In this document: positions 51,020 through 61,427 of the stretch, piece by piece | How positions within the stretch are numbered: the first letter of the stretch is position 1 | Layout of the letters: every line of letters begins with the position of its first letter | Position numbers and translations under genes: made by a program | The notes under the pieces: generated by a model | What the model was told of the DNA's origin: nothing | Database searches by the model: none | The model's input: the letters and a program-made list of their open reading frames with translations, nothing else | DNA from: Hemiscyllium ocellatum | Lineage: Eukaryota | DNA length: 64,000 nt | NCBI RefSeq assembly: GCF_020745735.1 | Contig: NC_083409.1 | Span: 16,738,303-16,802,302, forward strand | Direction: 5' to 3'

Positions 51020-51212
51020 AGTAAAAAATGAGGTCTGCAGATGCTGGAGATCACAGCTGAAAATGTGTTGCTGGTCAAAGCACAGCAGGCCAGGCAGCAT
51101 CTCAGGAGTAGAGAATTCGACGTTTTGAGAAGGGCTTATGCTCGAAACGTCGAATTCTCTATTCCTGAGATGCTGCCTGGCCTGCTGTGCTTTGACCAGC
51201 AACACATTTTCA
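51020..51212. mobile_element. Fold-back Penelope-like insertion with 16-bp target-site duplication
   Basis: 75-bp inverted arms 51055-51129 and 51141-51215 (2 mismatches); GCTCCAAACCAGTTCG at 51004-51019 and 51213-51228. Confidence 0.85.
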
Positions 51213-51443
51213 GCTCCAAACCAGTTCGGCTGTGAGAGAACGAGACTGGAGAACACAAGGACATGGAAAATAGAAGCAGGAGGAGGACTCCAATGCCAGT
51301 ACATTCTTTGTTAAACACAGGGATCAATACTGCACACTGTACTCCACATGCAGACTCACTAACATCCTGTACAGTTATAACAAGTTTTCTCTACGTTAAT
51401 ATTCCAACTCCCAGCAATAAAGGCTCCTATTCAATTCGCCTTC

Positions 51444-51479
51444 ATTCCTGATGAAGGGCTTATGCTCGAAACGTCGAAT
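51444..51479 (+). ncRNA. Minimal type-I hammerhead ribozyme motif in a Penelope-like pLTR
   Basis: AUUC (stem I) - CUGAUGA - A - GGGC UUAU GCUC (stem II) - GAAA - palindromic ACGU - C (cleavage) - GAAU (stem I). Confidence 0.65.
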
Positions 51480-52000
51480 TCCCTATTCCTGAGATGCTGC
51501 CTGGCCTGCTGTGCTTTGACCAGCAACACATTTTCAGCAATTACTAGCTGTATCTGCACTAACTTTCTATGTTTCATACACAATAACATCCAGATCCCTC
51601 TGCATTGCACTTTGTTGGAATCTGTCTCCATTTAAATAATAATCTGCCATTTGATTATTACGACCAAAGTGCATGACCTTATACTTTCCAAATATAAACT
51701 CCATCTGCTGTGTATGAGTACTGTCTTATTTCTGTTTGGTCTTCTTTTCGTAATTGTCTGTCTCTGTGTACCATGTCCCATTCCCATTTGCTTACGGCCC
51801 AGAGACTTGGTTGTCCAGCCCTTTCCTGCTGGTTCCATTCAATATTGAACAGCTTCATCGAGACAACGTAGCCCAGCATGACATCCCCTCCTTCAACTGG
51901 GATTTTCCTTGCTGTCCTGTGATGGCACATTCGAGGCTCGGAGAGTTACTTCATGACTCGCTCCCAGACTCTGTGACAGAGGGAGGGGGTGGGAACAGAG

Positions 52001-52517
52001 GAAGATCCAGGCTCCATGATTGGGGTGTGAGGGGAGACCCAGGGCCCATGCTCCATGATTGGGGAGTGAGGGGGAGACCCAGGGCCCAGGCTCCATGATT
52101 GGGGAGTGAGGGGGAGACCCAGGGTCCAGGCTCTGTGATTGGGGAGTAAGGGGGAGACCCAGGGTCCAGGCTCTGTGACTGGGGAGTAAGGGGGATACCC
52201 AGGGTCCAGGCTGCATGACTGGGGAGTGAGGGGGGGACCCAGGGACCCGGCTCCCTGTCTGAGGAGTGAGGGGGAGACCAAGGGACCTGGCTCCATGACT
52301 GGGGAGTGAGGGTGACCCAGGGCCCAGGCTCCATGACTGGGGAGTAAGGGGTGACCCAGCGCCCAGGCTCTGTGACTGGGGACTGAGGGGGAGACCCAGG
52401 CCCAGGTTCCGTGACTGGAGAGTGAGGGGGAGACCCAGGGCCCATGCTCCGTGACTGGGGAGTAAGCGGTGACCCAGGCCCAGGCTCTGTGACTGGGGAC
52501 TGAGGGGGAGATCCAGG
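52001..52517 (+). repeat. G-rich 40-bp minisatellite, about 13 units
   Basis: Unit agggcccaggctccatgattggggagtgagggggagaccc, with a strict 40-bp period from 52041 to about 52300. Confidence 0.95.
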
Positions 52518-52552
52518 TGGTCCCTCACACTGTGTCCATCTTGCCCACTCTG

Positions 52553-52660
52553 GTTGAGGAAAAGGCTGATGTCCTCACCAAGGAGCTCCTCCAAACCAAA
52601 CAGAGGCTGGTGGGGACTGAAGATGGGAAAAGGAGACTGGAGGAGGAGGAGTCAACTCAG
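52553..52660 (+). pseudogene. RABGAP1/RABGAP1L-like coiled-coil exon relic
   Basis: VEEKADVLTKELLQTKQRLVGTEDGKRRLEEEESTQ resembles recalled RABGAP1L [35 protein letters not shown]. The acceptor reads CTG rather than CAG and the donor reads GG; a cryptic GTGAG lies at 52664. Confidence 0.75.
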
Positions 52661-52823
52661 GGAGTGAGAGGGCAAGGAGAGGTGGGGGAGGACACGCTTG
52701 CCCTGGGGAGGGGTGGGGGGGGGAGGTGGGTGGGGAGGGGGGGAGGTAGTGGTATGGTCTGTGTGGTTATTGTTTGATGCTGATTGAGACTCTCGTTCTG
52801 AGTTTGCTTTCCCACTGTTGCAG

Positions 52824-52907
52824 ATTAAGGAGGTTTCTCACAGGGAGTTAGAGGAAGCGGAATGTGAAGTCTGCAGATCAAGTGCCATCATTTCGGAACA
52901 CAGACAG
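52824..52907 (+). pseudogene. Next RABGAP1/RABGAP1L-like exon relic (84 nt, AG...GT intact)
   Basis: IKEVSHRELEEAECEVCRSSAIISEHRQ vs recalled RABGAP1 LKEMCRRELDKAESEIKKNSSIIGDYKQ and RABGAP1L [28 protein letters not shown]; correct order and phase. Confidence 0.75.
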
Positions 52908-53577
52908 GTACAGACACCATGACCTGCTGCCTACTTCCTGGGAGATGGACACTGAGCAGATTGGGTTGAATCTAATGGTGCATCAGGTGGCTGGGTGTTT
53001 TAGGGTTTGAGTGTGGGGTTTGTCTCTCATTCCTTTCTCAATGTCAGTGGGTGACCATCCTAGAACAGCTGCATCCTGCTGGGGCACAGCTTCCTGGTTT
53101 CCTGTCACTGAAGACACACTCTGAGGTTTCATCTTCAGTCTCACATTCAGGTGATACTTTCGTAGCTTTGAGACATTCGAGTTGAACATTCCCAGTCTGC
53201 CTTAGCTGCTGTGAGCACAGTACCTGCTGACTGCTCTCTGCTCAAAGCAGTTTCTGAGCAAAGACATTTTCCTGTCCCTTCCTCTTGAGGCCTGTACCTA
53301 TTCCTGCATTTTCATAGCGTAACCCCTTCACTTACCACAACTACCTGTTGATGAGTAATTCACTGGAAACTGCTTTCTCCTGACTTTCTCTCCCAGCAAG
53401 AGCTCCATTTAGCAAGTGTTCTCTTGTCAAGCCCTAACCCCTGACCAGCACAAAGACCTTGAACAAGCATTTTATTTTTATCCCCTTTTGCAGGCAGGCG
53501 CAGAGGGATCTGAGGGTCCTGGGACATGAATCACAAAGTTAGACACAACAATAGCAAAAGACGAGGATGGTAATAGA

Positions 53578-53852
53578 TCATAGAATCCCTACACTTTGGA
53601 AGAAGACCATTTGGCCCATCGATTTCACACCGACCCTCTGAAGAGCATCCTGCCCAGACCAATCCCATCCCTCTAAGCCTACATTTCTCATGCTAATCCA
53701 CCTAGCCTGCACACCCCGGGCACTATGTATAATTGAGCACGGCCAATCTACATAACTTGCATGTCTTTAGATTTGGGAGAACGCTGGAGTACCTGGAGGG
53801 AACCCACGCAGACACAGATCAATGTTCAAACTTCATTCACACAATCACCTAA
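53578..53852 (-). mobile_element. V-SINE (HE1-like), truncated at the Tx1-like LINE junction
   Basis: Reverse complement of the V-SINE body; the head is missing at the junction. Confidence 0.7.
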
Positions 53853-56800
53853 GCAGTTCGTGTTCACCATGGGGATGCAGACAGCTACCGCAGACGGGCA
53901 GGGCCAGTAGGAAATGGATACGGGTAACCTCAAAACCTGTTAAAAATGGGGATAAGAATTGCAAGCATTAATGTGCGCAGCATAAAATCTGCTGCGCGAT
54001 GTGTTTCTACGATGGCCTTCCTAGCCAAAGTCAAAGCCGACATCCTGTTTCTGCAGGAGTGTGGGATGCCGCACCTCAGAAGCTGCAGGAGATGGTCGAG
54101 CTTGTGGGCCCATGCACCATCAGTTTGGTCGGGGGCAACAACATCCGTTCCTCAGGCCTCGGGATCCTGTTGTGAGGAGGCAACTTCAACATCTCCGAGG
54201 TTAAGGAGGTGGTGGGCTGGCTCCTCCTAGTCGCTGATGTTACATACAGAAACGCTCCGGCGAGACTAATCAACATGTACACCCCAGCAGGTAATAGTGA
54301 ACGGTTGGCCGTCCTGCAGCAGCTTCCACTGTTACTGGCTACGTCCAGGCCAGTCATTCTGGCCGGAGACTTCAACTGTATCATTGATGCAGATGGACGA
54401 TCCAGCGGGGGGGACAGTAAACTGGACGCCACGTCCAGAGCCCTGATGGACACGGTAAAAATGCCAATCTGTACGACGTCTTCAGCACCCCTGCAGATAG
54501 AGCGCAGTGTAGGTACACCTGGTCACGGGCAGACGGGTCTATCCGCTCAAGGATAGATTACCTGTTTGTGTCCCGAACGCTCTTGGTCAGATCCACCGAC
54601 ATCAAGCCAGTGTTCTTCTCTGACCACTGCCTCCTGCTGGCCGACTGTCACCTACAGGACGAGCAGCAGGCGGGTAAGGGAACGTGGAAGCTGAATACAA
54701 AGCTGTTGGCCCCGGGAAACATTGAGGAGCTGAAGAGGGACTACGCAGGTTGGAGAACCGTGAAGCCCCTCTTTGAGTCCCCAGCGGACTGGTGGGAAAC
54801 AGTAAAATGAAACATCAAGAGGTTCTTCATCCTCAAAGGTGTTCAGGAGGTGAGAGAGAGGCAGGGAAAACTATCCCAGGTCCAGGAAAGTATGCAGAAC
54901 CTGCTCCTGCTGCAGACGATGGGGGTCGATGTCACAGAGGACCTCAAGGAGGTGAAGGGGCAGCAAACCTCCCTCTTTGCCTCGGAGGCCTCCAAGATAA
55001 TCTTCCAGTCCAGAGTCCGCTCCATGGAGCAGGACGAGACGTGCTCATGTTTCTTCTTCCAGAAGGTGCACAAAGAGAGCTCTGTGCTCAGCAGCCTGAA
55101 GGAAGAAGATGGCTCAGGAACATCATCTCAGGCTGATGTCATGAGGATCAGCAAATCCTTCTATGCCAGTCTGTATGACGCGAAGCCAACCGACAGCGCA
55201 GCCTTCCAGTCGTTCCTGTCCTCTATCACGGAGGTCTTAGACGACAGAACACCCGAGAGGCTGGACCAGCCGCTATCTCTGGATGAGCTGACCAAGGCCC
55301 TCAATTTCCTTGAAAAGAATAAAACTCCCGGAAGTGACGGGTTACTGGTCGATCTCTATACTGCTCTTTGGGACTTGATTGGCCAGGACCTGCTGGAGGT
55401 GGATGTCGGTATGCTTCGGGCAGGTACCATAGTGAATCCATGAGGAAAGGCATCATCACCCTCATCTACAAGTGGAAGGGGGAGAGGGAGGAAATTAGAA
55501 ATTGGAGACCAATCTCACTGTTAAAAACAGACGACAAAATCTTGTCAAAGGTCATCGCCAACTGGGTCAGGACTGCTCTGGGATCGGTGATCCACCCTGA
55601 CCAAACCTGTACTGGGAAGGAGGATCGCTGAGAGTCTCGCACTCCTCAGGAATACGATTGCCTACGTGCGGGACAGAGGGTTGGTCAGCCTGGACCAGGA
55701 GAAAGTCTTTGACAGGATATTGATGCATATATGAGGAATGTCCTCTCCAAAATGGGCTTTGGGGAGGGAATTGGTAATTGGATCAGACTGCTCTACACCA
55801 ACATTGTCAGTGCAGTCTCAATCAATGGGTGGGAATCAGATAGCTTCCCTGTAAGATATGGAGTCAGGCAGGGCTGCCCCCTCTCACCCACCTTGTTTGT
55901 GTGCTGCATAGAGCCATTTGCTGAATCCATCAGGAAGGATGCTAGCCTGAGAGGGGTGACTATTCCTGGCAACGGGGTCCTGCAGGTTAAGGTCTCCCAG
56001 TACATGGATGCCGCTTTCTGCTCACATCCGCTGTCCGTGCACAGACTCATGTGCATCCGTAACTAGTTCGAATGGGCCTCAGGGACCAAGGTAAACCAAG
56101 GCAAGAGCTCTTCAGGAACTGAGCCGACCAATCCTCTATCCTCTTCACCGTCAGGACTGACTACTTGACGGTGCTGTGTATTTGGTTCGGTGGGGCTGGG
56201 TACCGTGCCCCAAGACCTGGGAGAAGCGGATCAGGAGGATGAGACAGAAACTGGGCAGATGGAAGCAACGGTTGCTCTCCATCGCCAGGAAAAAAAACCT
56301 GGTCACCGAGTGTGAGGTACTCTCAGTGTTGTTATATGTGGCATGGTCTGGCCTATCCCCAGAACCTGTTCCGCCGCAGTTCCCTGGGCCATCTTCCACT
56401 TCATGTGGTGATCAAAGATGGAACGGGTCCGTAGAGATACAATATACAAAGACCTGGGCAATGAGGGAAAAAAACATGCCCAATGCCACCCTCACCCTGA
56501 TGGCCATCTTTGTGTGTGGCTGCATCAAGCTGTGCGTGGATCCCTGGTACGCAAACACCAAGTGTCACTACGTACTGAGATTCTACCTGTCCCTGGTGTT
56601 GCGAAGGATGGACCTGGCCTCGCTGCCGTGGAATGTTCAAAGTAGTTGGACCGTTCCGTACCACCTGTCCTTCGTGGAGAGGTTTATGAAGAAAAACACC
56701 TTTGACCACAAGTCCATCAGGAAGTGGTCAGCACGTAGTGTCCTTGAGACCCTTTGGGAAAAGGAGAGAGCGGATCCTATCGAGCGGTTCCCTGAGCAGA

Positions 56801-57534
56801 CTGTCAAAGCCATTTGGCAGAATGCCTCATCGCCAGAACTTTCCAAAAGCACCAAGACATGGCTGGGCTGGTGGTGAGAAGGGCTCTGCCTGGGACATCC
56901 ATTATGCACGCCCAGACTCTCTCCCGCACTGCACGCTGGCCTCGAAGCGGCTGTGGGGGGACAAGACTGTTACACACCCTCTTCGGGAATGTGCCTATGC
57001 AGAAGAAGTCCGGAGAGGAATGCAGCGGTGTTTGTTGAGGTTCGTCCCGAGCAGCGCCGTGACGCAGGACTCCGTGCTCTACGGTATGTTCCCTGGGACA
57101 CACACCGAGACGAACATCAACTGTGCCTGGAGGATCATCAAATCGGTGAAGGCACACTCTGGGCGGTCCGAAACCTGTTGATCTTCCAGCTGAAGTAGTT
57201 GACCCCGACTGAGTGTTGCAGACTGGCGCATTCCAAGGTCCAGGACAACGTGGTGAGGGACGCACTGAAGCTTGGGGCAGCTGCCGCCAAGGCGCGGTGG
57301 GAAAAGACCACCGTGTTACATCTGCCCGCCTAAGAACAGGGGGCCCAAGCAGTCATTTGGGCTCTCCTAACTCCCAGCTAAATATGTGGATAGTAATCGT
57401 ACAGACCTGTATATATGAATGATTACTCTGTCCCTGTATACAAAGAAATGGAATGTTACGGATGTATGGCATGACCAATTGTACAGATCATCAAAATAGT
57501 TTACGAATAAAGTATATTTTTGAAATTTAAAAAA
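53853..57534 (+). mobile_element. L1-clade (Tx1-like) LINE with nearly complete but disrupted ORF2
   Basis: APE MGIRIASINVRS...LFLQEC, LAGDFNC, FSDH; RT NWRPISLL, GVRQGCPLSP; zinc knuckle at about 56930-57010; AATAAA 57506-57511 and a short A tail; many frameshifts and stops. Confidence 0.92.
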
Positions 57535-57539
57535 TGCCT

Positions 57540-60500
57540 TATTCACTATCTTTCCGACCTGTGACTCTAATTTCAAGGACCTATGAACCTGCACTTCAAG
57601 GTCTTTTTGTTCAGCAACACTCCCCAGTACCTCACCATTAAGGGGTGACACGGTGGCTCAGTGGCTCAGTGATTAACACTGCTGCCTCACAGTGCCAGAG
57701 CCCTGGTTCGGTTCCAGCCTCAGATGACTGGAATTTGCACATTCTCCATGCGTCTGCATGGGTTACCTCCCATAATCTAAAGATGTGCAGATTAGGTGAA
57801 TTGGCCATGCTAAATTGCCCAAAGTTCAGGCATATGTACAATAGGTTCATTCGTCAGGGTTAAATGTAGAGGAATGGGATAGGAGAATGGGTTTGGATGG
57901 GTTACTCTTCAGAGGGTCATTGTGAACTTGTGCCAAACGGCCTGTTTCCATACTGTAGGAATTCCATGATTAAGCATCTAAATCCTCTCCTGATTTGACT
58001 TTCCAAAATGCAGCATCTCACATTTATCTAAATTAAACTCCATCTGCCACTCATCGGCCCATTGTACACTGTGGTAACCTCCTTCACTGCCCACTACATC
58101 TCCAATTTGGTGTCATCTGCAAACTTATTAATGATACCTCCTATGTTCACATCCAAATCCTTATGTCAATGACAAAAAGCAGTGGAGTTAACACTGATCC
58201 TAGTGGCACACCACTGATCACAGGCCTCCAGTCTGAAAAGCAACCCTCCACCACCACCCTCTGTCTTCTACCTGCAAGTCACTTATATATCCAAGTAGCT
58301 AGTACTCCCTGTATTCCATGTGATCTAACCTTGCAAACCAATCCACCACAAGAAAACTTGTTGAATGCCTCACTGAAGTCCATACAGATCACGTCCACTG
58401 CTCTGACATCATCAATCGTCTTCGTTATTTCTTCAAAATCTCAATCAGGTTAGTGAGTCATGATTTCCCATGTACAAAGCCATGGTGACTATCCTGAAAC
58501 AGTCCTTGTCTTTACAAATACATGTAAATCCTGTCCCTCAGGACTCTCTCCAACAAATTGCCCACCCACTATGTCAGGCTCACCGGTTCCTGGCTTCTCC
58601 TTACTACATTAGCTAAACTCCAGTCTTCCAGCACCTCACCGGTGACCATCAGTGATATAAATATTTCAGCAAGTGGTCCAGCAATCACTTCCCCAGCTTC
58701 CCACAGAGTTCTGGGGTGCACCTGATCAGATCCCAGTGATTTATCTACTTTTATGCATTTTAAGACATACTGCACTTCCTACTCTGTAATATGGACATTT
58801 TTCAAGATGTCACCATCTATTTCCCCAAATTCTCTATCTGCTGTGTCTTTCTCCACAGTAAACACTGACGCAAAGTACTTGTTTAGTATTTGCCCCATCT
58901 CCTGCAGTTCCACCATGGGCTGCCTTGCTGATCTTTGAGGGGCCCTATTCTGTTAATTGTTACTCTTTTGTCCTTAATGCACTGATAAACTCCCTTTGGA
59001 TTCTCCTTAGCCGAATTAAGTAAAGCTATCTCATGTTACCTTTTTGCCATCCTGATTTCCCTCTTAAGGAGGAGGAGTTAGCAATTCTGGAAAGCGTGAA
59101 AATATTTAAGTTCCCTTGGCCGGATGGGATTTATCCAAGGATTCTCTAGGAAGCCAGGGAGGAGATTTCCGAGGCTTTGGCTTTGATCTTTATGTCATTA
59201 TTGTTGACAGAAACAGTGCCAGAATACTGGAAGATAGCAAATGTAGTCCCCTGGTACATGAAGGGGAGTAGAGACAACTCTGGTAATTATAGACCAGTGA
59301 GCCTTACTTCGGTTGTGGGTAAAGTGTTGCAAAAGGTTAGAAGAGATAGGATTTATAATCATCTAGAAAGGAATGAGTTGGTTAGGGATAGTCAGCATGG
59401 TAGCTCCGGCCTCACGAACCTTATTGGGTTTGTTGAGAAGGTGACCAAACAGGTGCATGAGGGTTAAGCGGTTGATGTGATGGATATGCACTTCAGTAAG
59501 GCATTGGATAAGGTTCCCCACAAAATACCAAGGCATGGAATTAAGGGTAATTTAGTGGTTTGGATCAGAAAGTTGGCTAGCTGAAAGAAGACAGAGCGTG
59601 GTTTTTGATAGACAATGTTCATCCTGGAGTTCAGTTACTAGCGGTGTACTGCAATCATCTCTTTTGGGGTCACTGCTGTTTGCCATTTTTATAAATGACC
59701 TGAATGAGGGCATCGAAAGATTGGTTAGTAAATTTGTGGATGACACTGTGGTTAGTGGAGTTGTGGATAGTGCTGAAGGATATTACAGGTTACACAGGGA
59801 CATGGATAAGCTGCAGACCTGGGCTGAGAGGTAGTAAATGCAGATTTTAATGCAGAAAAGTGTGGGGTGATTCACTTTGGAAGGAGCAACAGGAATAAAG
59901 AGCACTGGGCTAATGGTAAGATTCTTAGTAGTGTAGATGAGCAGAGAGATCTCGGTATTCATGTACACAGATCCTTGAAAGTTTGATAGGAGAAAGTGAG
60001 GACTGCAGATGCTGGTGATCAGAGCTGAAAATATGTTGCTGGAAAAGCGAAGCAGGTCAAGCAACATCCAAGGAGCAGGAGAATCGGCGTATCAGGCATG
60101 AGCCCTTCTTCATTCCGGAAACGTTGATTCGCCTGCTCCTTGGATGCTGCCTGACCTGCTGTGCTTTTCCAGCAACACATTTTCAGCCCAGTTTGATAGG
60201 GTGGTTAAGAAGGCTTATGGTGGGTCAATTTTTATTGATAGAGAGATTGGGTTTAGGAGTCATGAGGTCATGCTGCAGCTGTACAAAACTCTGGTTTGGC
60301 CGCAATTGGAGTATTGCATACAGTTGTGGTCACCGCATTAAACCAAGGATGTGGAAACTTAAGGGTTCAAATGAAATACACTAGGATGTTGCCTGGCATG
60401 GAGGGAAGGCCTTATGAGAAAAGGATGAGGGACTTGCGGCTGTTTTCATTCAAGAGAAGAAGGTTGAGAGTTGTCTTAATTGAGACATACTAAGATAATC

Positions 60501-60815
60501 ACAAGGTTAGATAGGGTGGACAGTGAGAGTCTTTTTCCTCAGATGCTGAGGGGACATAGGTTTAAATTGAGGGGTGATAGATATAGGAGAGATGTCAGAA
60601 GTAGTTTCTTTACTCAGAGACTAGTAGGGGCATGGAATGCACAGCCTGCAACAGTAGCAGACTCGCCAACACTAAGGGCATTTAAATGGTCATGGGATAA
60701 ACATATGGATGAAAATGGAATAGTGTAGGATAGATGGGCTTCAGAATAGTTCCACAGGTCGGTGCAACACCGAGGGTTAAAGGGTCTGGACTGCGCTGTC
60801 ATGGTCTATGTTCTC
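57540..60815. mobile_element. CR1-type LINE fragments (57540-59060 minus; 59070-60815 plus) with V-SINE (57642-57969) and PLE (59991-60189) insertions
   Basis: WKIANVVP...NYRPVSLTSVVGK, FINDL...SKFVDDT, LYKTLVWPQLEYC, and a (TTCTATG)-type 3' tail at about 60805. Confidence 0.85.
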
Positions 60816-61118
60816 TGTTCTAGATATGATATTGCTCACCACCGCCCTCTACAGGACAATTAGGGAAAGACAACAAATAGCAGACAAATCAAAGCTTGCC
60901 CCATCCCAGGAGAAATCAAAATAAATGACGTAGAATTCAAAAGATTAAACTGGTGAGGCTTGAACTCACCTCTTTGAAAGACTGGAGCCTCGGCCATGAC
61001 ATGGATGAGCCTGCATTTTTAAATTGCAAGGTGGAGTCCCCGACGGATCAGACACAAAATGAATACACAAAGACCGAACAAATGACTACCCAAGTGTGTC
61101 ACCAAACTGCAATTTTAT

Positions 61119-61427
61119 GGGCGGCACGGTGGCACAGTGGTTAGCACTGCTGCCTCCCTGTGCCAGAGACCTGGGTTCAATTCCCACCTCAGGCAGCTCT
61201 CTGTGTGGAGTTTGCACATTCTCCCCGTGTCTGCGTGGGTTTCCTCCGGGTGCTCCGGTTTCCTCCCACAGTCCAAAAATGTGCAGGTTACGTGAATTGG
61301 CCATGCTAAATTACCCATAGTGAAGGGGTAAATGTAGGAAAATGAGTCTGGGTGGGTTATGCTTTGGCAGGTCGGAGTGGACTTGTTGGCCCGAAGGGCC
61401 TGTTTCTATGCTGTTACTAATCTAATC
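61119..61427 (+). mobile_element. Full-length young V-SINE (HE1-like), present only in the right arm of block B
   Basis: gggcggcacggtggcacagtggttagc...gggttcaattccc..., complete V-domain and ctaat tail; absent at the paralogous site near 45455-45470. Confidence 0.9.

Larger units (their letters stand above)
48250..51840. repeat. Segmental duplication block A, right (inverted) arm
   Basis: See 32650-35760. This arm carries arm-specific insertions (about 49890-50950, plus PLEs at 51020 and 51444). Confidence 0.93.

Noticed and set aside
52001-52517. Possible class-switch-like region or CRISPR-like array
   Set aside because: No AGCT/GAGCT motif density, a light-chain context, and no unique spacers between repeats. 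An ordinary minisatellite.
51893-52594. 233-aa Pro/Ser-rich ORF and overlapping ORFs
   Set aside because: Translations of the 40-bp minisatellite. The same applies to ORFs over the GA tract (13731..14171) and the 33-bp minisatellites (43461-43841, 63369-63911).
52983-53189. Minus-strand ORF with slight resemblance to the start of the RABGAP1 TBC domain (KYHLNV...)
   Set aside because: Opposite strand and wrong order relative to the coiled-coil exons; similarity too weak.
61119-61190. tRNA-like A/B boxes here and at the other SINE heads
   Set aside because: They continue into the V-SINE body and lack a full cloverleaf; not tRNA genes.
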